DNA of 64,000 nucleotides, taken from an uncultured delta proteobacterium (GTDB lineage: Bacteria; Myxococcota; Myxococcia; Myxococcales; Myxococcaceae). This document shows, one piece after another, positions 21,805-30,506 of this stretch; within the stretch, counting starts at the first letter, position 1; every line of letters starts with the position of its first letter. The stretch is from the NCBI GenBank assembly GCA_963796055.1, contig CAWCKH010000005.1:64001-128000 (forward strand), read 5' to 3'. The notes under the pieces are model-generated. The model was not told the DNA's origin, did not search any database, and worked only from the letters and a program-made list of their open reading frames with translations. A program made the translations under genes and the position numbers.

Positions 21805-21963
21805 CTGCTGACGGTGAGGGAGGTGGCAGGACGGCTGCGCCTCCATCCCTCCACTGTTTACGGGCTCTGCGAGCGAGGCGAACTAGGGCACGTGCGCGTC
21901 AGCAACGCACTTCGGGTGCGTCCAGTCGACCTCGAGACGTTCGTACGGACTAGTTGTCGGTAG
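21805..21963 (+). CDS. Excisionase-like helix-turn-helix protein (HTH_17-like), start unclear
   Basis: Manual translation LLTVREVAGRLRLHPSTVYGLCERGELGHVRVSNALRVRPVDLETFV. No in-frame ATG; GTG at 21814 is possible. Below the ORF-track size cut-off. Confidence 0.75.
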   Translation: MLTVREVAGRLRLHPSTVYGLCERGELGHVRVSNALRVRPVDLETFVRTSCR

Positions 21964-22002
21964 CGTCCGCAGCGGGAACGCGAACACACCGCGACTCTTC
22001 GA

Positions 22003-23940
22003 AGGCTGAACTGTGCCCTCACGGGAGCCACAGTCCAGCCTGACACTGGAGTAGGGCCGCCCTGTCCTAGTTTCAGCGGCTTCGTCCGAGCTGGTCGCGT
22101 CCTCGTGTCGCGGTTTCCGACCCGGTCGAGCACACCAGACGCACACACGCCGCCAACCCCCCGGACGACCGCGGTCATCCGAGCTTCCTCCTGAGCCCCC
22201 CGGCGCACAGGTGAGCTGCCCTAGACGGCGTCCACGTGACTGGACGGCGCGTGCAGCGCGGACCCGTCGTCGTCTCCTGGCGCAGCGGCTGCACGAGGGC
22301 CTGCGGCAGTGGCGCGGCGGGCGGAGACGGCGGGGGACAGGGAGCGCGAGACCGTTCTCGGGCAAGAGGGGAAGCGGGCGCTCGGGGCAGTCGAGCATCG
22401 CCGCGACGTCGAGGGCACCGTCCTGCACCAGGCCGTCCGAGGCCATCTCGCCAGCTTTCTCGCCGGGTCGGCCGACCGGGGCGGTCTTCCGCGCTTCGTC
22501 GAGCGCGACTTTGCCCGGAACCTCGCCTGCGGAGTGCCGGCGTACGGCTTCGCCCGGCTGGCCTGCGCCGGATGCCGAGCCGAAGTGCTGGTCCCCTTCT
22601 CCTGCAAGTCACGCGGAGTGTGCCCCTCCTGCAACGCCCGCCGGGCGCACGACACCGCCATCCATCTGGTGGAGCGCGTGCTTCCCCGGGCGCCGTACCG
22701 CCAGTGGACGCTCTCGCTGCCCATGCCGCTGCGCTTCTCTCTGGCCAGGGATTCCCGGCTCCTCTCCGAGGTGCTGGGCCTCTTCGTCCGGGCGCTCTTC
22801 GCCTTCCAGCGGCGGACGGCCCGGCGGCTCGGGGTGTCCCGGCCACTCACCGGCGCTGTGGCCTTCGTCCAGCGCTTCGGCTCGGCGCTCCAGCTGACGC
22901 CCCACTTCCACCTCCTCGTCCCCGAGGCCGTCTTCGAGGAGGTGCACGAGGCGGAGCTGCGCCTGCACCCCTTGCCTCGGCCCACCGACGCCGAGGTGGA
23001 GACGCTCGCCGTCACCGTGGCCCGGCGCACCCTCGCGCTGCGGCGTGCGCGCGGCATCCTCGAGGAGGAGGCCGTCCCGGACGCAGCACTCGATGTCCTG
23101 CAGCTCGAAGGCATCCAGGTGCCGCGGAGCGGGCCGCGTCCTCCCGCCCGCCGGCCGGGCCGCCGCTGCGCCTTCGTCGAGGGCTTCTCCCTCCACGCCG
23201 ACACCTGGCTTCACGAAAACGACGTCACGGGCCTCGAGCGGCTCTGCAACTACGGCGCCCGCGGGCCCCTGTCGCTCGAGCGGCTGTCGGCCTTGCCCGA
23301 CGGACGGCTCGCCTACCGGATGAAGCGGCCCTCTCCGGCAGGACAGACGCACCTCCTGCTGTCTCCGCTGGCCTTCCTCCGCCGGGTGGCCGCGCTCGTC
23401 CCACCCCCCAGGGCCAACCTCGTGCGTTACTTCGGCGTCTTCGCCCCCAACGCCAGGGTGCGGCCCCGCGTCGTGCCTGCGCCTCCTTCCCCTGCGCCGC
23501 TGGCCGAGGCAGCTTCCTGCCCCGTCACGCCGGAGCCTCTCCGCCCCCGGCCGCCTCGCCGCCCCATCCCCTGGGCCGAGCTCCTCCGGCGGACCTTCCA
23601 GTCCGACGTCCTCACCTGCCCGCGCTGCGGCGGCACGCGCCGCGTGGTGGCCGTCGTTCTCCGTTCCGCCACCGCCCGGGCCATCCTGGAGCATCTGCGG
23701 CTTCCCTCCAGGCCCCTCCCCCTCGCTCCAGCCGCCTCTCCGCCCCAGCTCGGCCTCTGGTGAGTGCCGTCCGAGCTTCGAGACCGCCCTACCCTGACGA
23801 CGGGCCACGTACTGCTCTACCCCCAGCAGCGGTGAGCACTCCTTCCGAGCGCCTCCTGCCTTCGTCGTCCTCCCCGTCGCCGGCCGGACGACCCGGTCCG
23901 TACCTGGCTTCCGCCGCGAAAAACCCGTTTGTTCTTCCTT
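22003..23940 (+). mobile_element. IS91/ISCR-like element (approximate limits)
   Basis: Transposase followed about 170 bp later by gtttgttcttcct, which resembles the oriIS end, with an abrupt base-composition change at 23941. An upstream hairpin at 22003-22041 is a candidate terIS. Confidence 0.55.
22309..23763 (+). CDS. IS91/ISCR-like rolling-circle (HUH) transposase
   Basis: Zn-binding CAGC...FSCKSRGVCPSC, RQWTLSLP, QRFGSALQLTPHFH (HUH), GFSLHA, LERLCNYGAR (catalytic Tyr), RYFGVFAP and C-terminal CPRCGG. Exact start uncertain. Confidence 0.92.
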   Translation: MARRAETAGDRERETVLGQEGKRALGAVEHRRDVEGTVLHQAVRGHLASFLAGSADRGGLPRFVERDFARNLACGVPAYGFARLACAGCRAEVLVPFSCKSRGVCPSCNARRAHDTAIHLVERVLPRAPYRQWTLSLPMPLRFSLARDSRLLSEVLGLFVRALFAFQRRTARRLGVSRPLTGAVAFVQRFGSALQLTPHFHLLVPEAVFEEVHEAELRLHPLPRPTDAEVETLAVTVARRTLALRRARGILEEEAVPDAALDVLQLEGIQVPRSGPRPPARRPGRRCAFVEGFSLHADTWLHENDVTGLERLCNYGARGPLSLERLSALPDGRLAYRMKRPSPAGQTHLLLSPLAFLRRVAALVPPPRANLVRYFGVFAPNARVRPRVVPAPPSPAPLAEAASCPVTPEPLRPRPPRRPIPWAELLRRTFQSDVLTCPRCGGTRRVVAVVLRSATARAILEHLRLPSRPLPLAPAASPPQLGLW

Positions 23941-24046
23941 GGATCATATGCGACTCCCTCGTGTCGCGTTTGCTTAGTAGATTAGGACACCTAATTCATG
24001 TTTTAGGAGCAAATAAGTTGCGTGTTGCCAAAGAGGGAGGGTCGCC

Positions 24047-24526
24047 ATGAGCCTGAATTCGAGAGCGTTGTTGCTGGTGCTTTGTTTACTGGGGGCAACG
24101 GAAGTCGTCGGTCAGGAAGCCGTCACCGCACTTGACCGTACTCTTTCGAAGACCCATATGCGACAGGACACCACTTCCGTCGCGATCGCCGACGCGCCAG
24201 TGCAAGCATTCGCTCCGACGACGATTCAGTGTGGAAAGCAGAGTTGCACGGTGAGGGTTGAGGTCTCCAGCCAGTTTTTCAACGTCACTTCCGGGAACGC
24301 CGTTAGACTGCATGTCAAAGCGGATGGCGCCCCATTCCCAGTCACAGGATTTGAAATCGATGGCGGAATCAACAGACCGGTGGCGCATCTCACCACGGTG
24401 TCATCACTGAAGAGCGATCTCAGTCCAGGACCACACACCATTTCGGTGGACTTTGATATGCGAACGCCGGGTGGCAAAGCGGAGGCGTCCATTCGTATAT
24501 TGACCATTCAAGTGTTTACACCTTGA
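24047..24526 (+). CDS. Hypothetical secreted beta-rich protein, AT-richer than the host (island cargo)
   Basis: GAGGGAGG SD and signal peptide MSLNSRALLLVLCLLGATEVVG. Many A/T-ending codons, unlike the flanking genes. Confidence 0.75.
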   Translation: MSLNSRALLLVLCLLGATEVVGQEAVTALDRTLSKTHMRQDTTSVAIADAPVQAFAPTTIQCGKQSCTVRVEVSSQFFNVTSGNAVRLHVKADGAPFPVTGFEIDGGINRPVAHLTTVSSLKSDLSPGPHTISVDFDMRTPGGKAEASIRILTIQVFTP

Positions 24527-24540
24527 ACAATCCAGAAATC

Positions 24541-24583
24541 GCAGTGCTGCCACCTCGCGCACGGTCAGCAGCGCGGGGGACAT
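24541..24583 (-). pseudogene. Truncated second excisionase-like HTH
   Basis: ATG 24583 gives MSPALLTVREVAAL, matching LLTVREVA of the 21805 gene. Similarity stops at the edge of the AT-richer segment. Confidence 0.6.
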
Positions 24584-24711
24584 TAGGGGGCCACGGCGAG
24601 CGTTCCTAGCCCGTCCAGCGGGTCCATCCGGTCGATGGTCCGTGCCGCCGTTCTGAAGAATAGCAACAGGTTGGACGCTGTGAGCAGGCTCTGGATGATA
24701 ATTAGAATCAA

Positions 24712-24754
24712 CTGTCACGCCGGAGGTCACGGGTTCAAGTCCCGTACTCCTCGC
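24712..24754 (+). repeat. attR core (displaced tRNA-Asp 3' fragment), 43 bp
   Basis: Identical to 21637-21679. The preceding sequence is not tRNA-like. Confidence 0.92.
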
Positions 24755-24758
24755 AACG

Positions 24759-25055
24759 TCACTCAGCGGGAATCTCGGGAGATGCGCCGCCAGTCGCTGC
24801 AGGTGCTGACCGGCGCGCTGGCCACTCCCGGTACGCGTTGGGGTCCTCGGTGAGCACGCCGGTCTGGTCGTCACCGTAGAAGAAACGCTCGACCACCTTC
24901 CCGTCCTGCCACTCCGTCCGCACGCAGGCGAGCCAATAACTAGGGTCCGTCGATCCGTACTCATCCAGGACCACCTCCAGCGACTGCCTGGCGGCGTCGA
25001 GCGCGGTTGCCCAGCCGGAGACGGTGCAGGTCCAGTTGGCAGGGTGCTCGGACAC
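24759..25055 (-). CDS. Small hypothetical protein or gene remnant
   Basis: Protein-like composition (SYWLACVRTEWQDGKVVERFFYGDD) and GC3-rich codons. No family recognised. Confidence 0.35.
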   Translation of the reverse strand: MSEHPANWTCTVSGWATALDAARQSLEVVLDEYGSTDPSYWLACVRTEWQDGKVVERFFYGDDQTGVLTEDPNAYREWPARRSAPAATGGASPEIPAE

Positions 25056-25244
25056 GACGTCCTGGACCGTACACGTCGCGCCTGACGCCTGACCGTCTAA
25101 CCCGGCGGGCCCACGGGACTGCTGGGGAGCGTCGGCGTTACCGTCCAGTCGCCTGTCCGGCTCCTCTTCGTGACCCGCTCAGGCGTAGGTTCCGGCCGGG
25201 GCGACGGGCAGCGCTGCCGGTGGGTTCAGGAAGGGAGGACGCCG

Positions 25245-25932
25245 ATGGCGAGCCAGGAGTTCCAGGTCTCCGTACCGGCGGGAGATGCCGTTCTGGAGGG
25301 AACGCTGGGCATCCCGGAGCGACCACGCGGGGTCGTGCTGTTCGCTCATGCCAGCGGCAGCAATCGCCACAGTCCGCGCAACCGCTACGTGGCGGGCTAC
25401 CTGCAGAGCCACGGACTCGCCACCCTGCTCCTGGACCTGCTGACCACCGAGGAGGAAGAAACGGAGAGGTGGATCCGCCACCGTCGGTTCGCCGAGGACG
25501 AGACCGAACTGTCGCGACGTCACCTCGATCTCGAGGTGCGGACGTTCGCCGATCGTCTCATCGCCGCGACCGGATGGTTGGCGCAGAATGAGCAGACGCT
25601 GGGCATCTCCTATTTCGGCGCGAGTACCGGCGCCGCCGCGGTGCTCCTGGCGGCGGCTCGGACCCCGTATCCGGTGGAGGCGGTCGTTTCGCGGGGTGGG
25701 GGTCCGGAGCTCGCCGCGGATCATCTCCGCCAGGTCCGCGCGCCGACACTTCTCATCGTCGGGGGCGACGACCAACCCGTCATCGAGAGGAACCGCGAGG
25801 CGCTGGGGGACCTGGGCTCGAGCCACCCACCTCTTCGAGGAACCCGGCGCGCTGGACGCCGTGGCTCACCTCGCCACCGCCTGGTACGGGCAGCATCTGG
25901 TCGCACCCGGCCCCCGCACCCACGACGCCTAG
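25245..25932 (+). pseudogene. Dienelactone hydrolase-like alpha/beta hydrolase, frameshifted near 25820
   Basis: VLFAHASGSNRHSPRN, YFGASTG and PTLLIVGGDD are in one frame. The catalytic-His segment ATHLFEEPGAL is in another. Confidence 0.8.
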
Positions 25933-27116
25933 TGAAGGGTCCTGGCAGCGCCGGTCCCCTGAGCCGGGGCGCCTGACTGACCCGGCTTCTCCAGGCGGCA
26001 GACGAATCCCCACCCACCGCCAAGCTCGCTCAGCGCGAGCACCAGCTCGTTCTTCCCCTTCTGCAGGGGCAGGTACACCGCGTCGTTCTCCGGACTGACG
26101 ATGCCCAGGAACCGCGGGTCGCGGAAGGCCTGGGCGCTACGCCCCCGGTAGAGGATCCTCCCGTTGAGGAACACGCTGACGTCGTCGCTGTAGCCGAGGG
26201 CCAGCTTCTTCACCTCCTCGCGGTCGGAGGTGATGGTGGTCCGGGCGTAGACGACCTTCATCCCCGGCTGGGGCTGCAGCCGGGTCGAGAAGTCGGCCTG
26301 GAAGCTGACCCTGGGGTGGGGAGCGGAGTGGTAACGGTAGATGGCCACCAGTCCGGGCGGCTCGGCTTTCACGGCCTTCCACTGGATCGTGGCCAGCTCC
26401 GACGCGGAGAGCGGGCGCTCCAGGTCGCGTTCCAGGGCGTCATAGGTGGGCGACAAGCTCCACTTCGTCAGGGTGCCGGGAGGTGTCGGCGGCAGGTGTC
26501 GCTCCCACGGCACGTCGGGCGTCGGCCGGAACTCGAAGTTGGAGAAGTACGTCTCGCCGATGAGCACCGCCAGCGCCACCTGGCCCCTCTGCAGACCTGA
26601 CTTCAGATCGCCCATGACCAGCGCTGGCTTCTCCATGTCCTTCACGAACAGCTTGGCCCGCGCTCCCGCCACCTCCAGGCGCAGGTGGAACCAGACGTCC
26701 CTGGGGATGTCGACCGCGCCGGTGAAGCCCGGCCCGTTGTAGAGCTGCCAGTTGAGGCCGGTGTTGAGCACCGGCGTGTACTGCATGGCGTCGGCCTGCC
26801 CGGACTGATGCTGGCGGAGGTAGACCCACTCGGCGTTGGCGCCGTCGGATGCAATCCGGAACTGGATGCCGAAGAACCCGCGAGCGGCCGGCGTCGAGAC
26901 GTCGACGTCGATGACCCCGTCACGCATCTCGAGCCCCTTCACCGTCGCCGCGCCCCCGTCCAAAAGGATGGCCTTGCGACCCTGATGCTCGGTCACCTTG
27001 GCCTGTCCCTCGAGCTCCCAGCGTGGCGAGTCGGGTGGAACAAGGACCGCCTCGGGCGCGGCCGTCACCCGCGAGCAGACGAGACAGACACCGAGGACGA
27101 CGACGGGACGGAGCAT
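25929..27116 (-). CDS. Secreted hypothetical protein (lectin-like/DUF1080-like N-terminal domain, beta-sandwich C-terminal domain)
   Basis: Signal peptide and GGAGG SD. Motifs DGVIDVDV, WFHLRLEVAG, GYSDDVSVFLNG, LQKGKNEL and GGWGF. Confidence 0.7.
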   Translation of the reverse strand: MLRPVVVLGVCLVCSRVTAAPEAVLVPPDSPRWELEGQAKVTEHQGRKAILLDGGAATVKGLEMRDGVIDVDVSTPAARGFFGIQFRIASDGANAEWVYLRQHQSGQADAMQYTPVLNTGLNWQLYNGPGFTGAVDIPRDVWFHLRLEVAGARAKLFVKDMEKPALVMGDLKSGLQRGQVALAVLIGETYFSNFEFRPTPDVPWERHLPPTPPGTLTKWSLSPTYDALERDLERPLSASELATIQWKAVKAEPPGLVAIYRYHSAPHPRVSFQADFSTRLQPQPGMKVVYARTTITSDREEVKKLALGYSDDVSVFLNGRILYRGRSAQAFRDPRFLGIVSPENDAVYLPLQKGKNELVLALSELGGGWGFVCRLEKPGQSGAPAQGTGAARTLH

Positions 27117-27397
27117 GGCAGGCCCTCCAGCCGGTGCCGCTACCTCCGCGTCTTCCGTCCGATTGCGCGCGTGCAGGCAACCGCGCGGATGCTGCAGCCA
27201 GCCCGCGGTTCGCACCGAGGCGGGCCCTTGACGGCCGGGATGTTCGCCGAGGTGCGGACCATGGAGGAGATCGTTGGGCGCTTCGCGGCCTGGCGATCCT
27301 CCTACCCTGCCGTCGGGTGGCACAGATCGAGGCGCACGCGGCGCTCCGGGTCGAGGGCGAGTAATGCCATCCGACGCGCGAACCAGGGTGACGACGG

Positions 27398-28345
27398 TCA
27401 ACGACTGCCCTGCAGCGCTCGAGCGCTCACCGCTGCATCGCGCGCCGCCGAGGAACCTGGCTCGCCCGCATCGAGCGGCTCGCGCCAGGCGATGTCCAGA
27501 CCCTTGCGCCGGCTCACGAGCCAGAGCGCGGCGGTCGCAAGCCCGATGATCGCGATCGCCAGCCCGCCGCCTTCGATGCTCGGCGCCTGCCCCGTCCAGG
27601 CGACCGGTCCGCGCTGGACCACGCTCACCAGCTGGTGAGCCTTCCCCGCGCCGAGGTCCACGATGCCGAGCGTGTCCTGCATCCAGTCCCACGCCGCGTG
27701 CCAGCCGATGGCCCAGCCGAGCGATCCCGTGACGAAGCGGGCCAGGATCAGCATCAGGGTCGCGATTGCTGCCGAGACGACGAACCCGACGTCCACGCGC
27801 TGCGCCGGATTCGCCAGATGGAGCAGGCCGAAGACGACCCCAGTGCCGAGCGTCGCGGCCCACAGCGGGAGCCGCTCCCCCAGGTCTTGCAGGAAGACGC
27901 CGCGCAGGAGGAGCTCCTCCATCACCCCGATGCCCATCGCGGCAAGGAGCGCACCGACCACGGCCGAGAGCTTCCATGGCTCGCCGACCCAGGTCGGCTC
28001 GACCCAGCCGAGTTGCCACTCCACGCAGAACAGCGCACCCAGCATCAGCACGCCGACGGCGAATCCCAGGACCAGCGCGCGTGCCAACCGCCGGGACCAG
28101 GTGAGCCCCACCCATGACCAGGGCCGGTGATCCATCCGACTCCTGAGCATCCGGGTTCCAAGGATGAACGCGCCCCCACCGACGAGGGTGACCACAAGTC
28201 CCAGAACCCATCTGGGGACGATCGCCCGGAGCGCATGACCGAGGATGCTGGCGGCCGCGCCGCAGACGGCGTACAGGAACAGGTACGAGACGAGCCTCCA
28301 TCCGAGCCGGAGGCGCCCTTCACCGTCGATCAGCCAGCGACGCAT
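27398..28345 (-). CDS. CPBP (Abi/CAAX type II) intramembrane glutamic endopeptidase
   Basis: EELLLRG, FGLLH and HAAWD motifs in a multi-TM protein. Confidence 0.88.
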   Translation of the reverse strand: MRRWLIDGEGRLRLGWRLVSYLFLYAVCGAAASILGHALRAIVPRWVLGLVVTLVGGGAFILGTRMLRSRMDHRPWSWVGLTWSRRLARALVLGFAVGVLMLGALFCVEWQLGWVEPTWVGEPWKLSAVVGALLAAMGIGVMEELLLRGVFLQDLGERLPLWAATLGTGVVFGLLHLANPAQRVDVGFVVSAAIATLMLILARFVTGSLGWAIGWHAAWDWMQDTLGIVDLGAGKAHQLVSVVQRGPVAWTGQAPSIEGGGLAIAIIGLATAALWLVSRRKGLDIAWREPLDAGEPGSSAARDAAVSARALQGSR

Positions 28346-28535
28346 CCAGAGCCTCAGGGAGGAGATGGTGCGCCTGCGTACGCACCTTCGCCGCTCCCAT
28401 TTCCCGGTCCCGCATCGGTTCGTGCCGAGTTGCAGCGGGCGGTCGGCGCCGTGCCGCGGGCGTCTGCCCCCGCAAATCTTGCGTCAGCGCGCGCGTGCTC
28501 GCAGCGAGCCTCGCGCGGTGCGACGATGACCGGCC

Positions 28536-30491
28536 ATGACGGATCCCCTCGCTCCGTTCTTCCTCGGCGCCTACGGGGAGAACAACGACTTCTTCGAGAA
28601 GACGCTCCTCGAGCTGGTGCGGGACCACGTCTTCTGGCGGCGCAACTTCCATCCCGAGGACGAGCCGCCCATCGGCACCCACGACCAGTACACCCGCGCA
28701 TACCTCGACGGGCTGGCCCGGACGCGGCACGAGCTCCACCAGCTCACCGCCGCGCTGAAGCGCTCGGTGCCCTTCTTCCACCCACGGTACCTCGGGCACA
28801 TGGTCTCCGACCTCCTGATGCCCGGGCTCATCGCCCAGCTGGTCACCACCCTCTACAACCCGAACAACATCGTCGAGGACGTCGCCCCCATCACCGTCCA
28901 GCTGGAGCTCGAGGTGGGCCGGCAGCTGGCGCGGATGCTCGGGTTCGGCGTCGACCCGGCCCACGAGCCCTGCGCGCTGGGGCACCTCACCTCCGGCGGC
29001 ACCGTGGCCAACGACGAGGCGCTCTGGCTGGCGCGCTCGGCGCGGCTCTACCCGCTCGCCCTCCGGGACGCCTCACAGGCCTCCGGCATCTCGGTGCCGG
29101 ACGTCCCGGTGCGCGCTTCCAGCACCGACCTCGAGCTCCTCGCGCTCGGGGCCGGCGAGGTGCTCGCGCTCGCCCGCCGGGTATCCGCCTTCTGCTCCCG
29201 CGAGCCGCCCGGCCCCGAGCTCTTCGCTGCGCTCACCGCTGCCCGGGTGGAGGAGACCGGCCTTGCTGCCTTCGCCGCCCGACATCCGGCCCTGGAGCGG
29301 ATGGTGGTGGTGGTGCCCGCCACCGCGCATTACTCCTGGCACAAGGCGATGAGCCTCCTCGGGCTCGGCGGGGGAAACCTGGTCGAGGTGCCGGTGAACC
29401 AGGCCCGGCTCGACGGTGCCGAGCTCGCCCCGGCGCTGGAGGCGCTCCGGAAGGACGGGCGGCCGGTGCTGGCGGTGGTCGGGGTGTACGGCACCACCGA
29501 GTTCGGCACGCTCGACTCGATCCACGAGCTGATCGAGGTCCGGCGCCGCTTCCCCGGCTTCTGGCTGCACGTCGACGCGGCCTGGGGCGGATACCTTCCC
29601 ACGCTCTTCCGCGACCGGAAGGGACAGCTTCTCCCCCGCGAAGCGGTGCGCGAGGGCTTCCACTACTTTCCGTCCGAGCGCGTCCACCGCGCCACCGCGG
29701 CGCTGGCCGAGGCCGACTCGGTGACCGTGGACCCGCACAAGCTCGGCTTCGTGCCCTTTGGCGCCGGAGCCCTGGTGGTGCGCGACCGGCGCGTCCTGGA
29801 TCTGGTGCAGCAGGAGGCGCCGTACGTCTTCACCTCGCCCCCGGACGAGGACGAGCGCCGCTACCGGAAGCTCGGCCGGTACATCCTCGAGGGAAGCAAG
29901 CCCGGCGCGGCCGCCGCGGCCTGCTACGTGAACCACCGCGTGCTGCCGCTGGACCGCGACCACTTCGGGCGGCTCCTCGCCCGCTCGGTGCAGACCTGTG
30001 AGCGGCTGGTGGACCGCGTTCCAGGTCTCCAGCAGGAGCTGGCAGCCTGGGTCCGTCTGACGATTCCCTTCGAGCCCGATTGCAACCTGGTCTGTCTCGC
30101 CTTCAACCCCAAGGGGAACCGCTCGCTGAAGGCGGCGAACGCGTTCGGTCGCCGCCTCTTCGAGACCATCGACGTGCGCCCGGATCGACCCGTGCAGCTC
30201 AAGGAATTCTTCGGCTCGTCCACCACCGTGCCGCTGGACCACTTCGGTACCGACGAGCTCCAGCGCGTCGCCGCCGAGCTGCAGTTGGAGCTCGCCCGGC
30301 CCGACGACAGCGGACTGTTCCTGCTCCGGCACACGCTGATGAACCCGTGGCTGCAGACCTCTCCCGGGCCCGACGAGCCGAGTTACGTGGAGGCCTACTG
30401 CCACTTCCTCTCCCGGCAGATCCGGGCCCTGCTGGACGCGAATCCGATCGCCCAGACCCTCCCGGCGAAAGTGCGCTCCGACGGGCTGTGA
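28536..30491 (+). CDS. PLP-dependent group II amino-acid decarboxylase, tyrosine-decarboxylase-like
   Basis: RYLGHM, LYNPNN, SGGTVAN, HYSW, HVDAAWGG, DPHK (PLP Lys) and ILEGSK. Confidence 0.88.
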   Translation: MTDPLAPFFLGAYGENNDFFEKTLLELVRDHVFWRRNFHPEDEPPIGTHDQYTRAYLDGLARTRHELHQLTAALKRSVPFFHPRYLGHMVSDLLMPGLIAQLVTTLYNPNNIVEDVAPITVQLELEVGRQLARMLGFGVDPAHEPCALGHLTSGGTVANDEALWLARSARLYPLALRDASQASGISVPDVPVRASSTDLELLALGAGEVLALARRVSAFCSREPPGPELFAALTAARVEETGLAAFAARHPALERMVVVVPATAHYSWHKAMSLLGLGGGNLVEVPVNQARLDGAELAPALEALRKDGRPVLAVVGVYGTTEFGTLDSIHELIEVRRRFPGFWLHVDAAWGGYLPTLFRDRKGQLLPREAVREGFHYFPSERVHRATAALAEADSVTVDPHKLGFVPFGAGALVVRDRRVLDLVQQEAPYVFTSPPDEDERRYRKLGRYILEGSKPGAAAAACYVNHRVLPLDRDHFGRLLARSVQTCERLVDRVPGLQQELAAWVRLTIPFEPDCNLVCLAFNPKGNRSLKAANAFGRRLFETIDVRPDRPVQLKEFFGSSTTVPLDHFGTDELQRVAAELQLELARPDDSGLFLLRHTLMNPWLQTSPGPDEPSYVEAYCHFLSRQIRALLDANPIAQTLPAKVRSDGL

Positions 30492-30506
30492 GCGGCAGCG
30501 CCGGGA

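Larger units (their letters stand above)
21637..24754. mobile_element. ~3.1-kb tRNA-Asp-integrated island without an integrase
   Basis: Bounded by an exact 43-bp direct repeat of the tRNA 3' half. Contains excisionase-like fragments, an IS91-like transposase and an AT-richer gene. Confidence 0.85.

Noticed and set aside
24712..24754. Second tRNA-Asp gene
   Set aside because: Only the 3' 43 nt are present, with no acceptor 5' strand or D arm. It is an att duplication.
27225..27310. Possible isochorismatase-like C-terminal remnant (GMFAEVRTMEEI)
   Set aside because: Too short to support without a database search.
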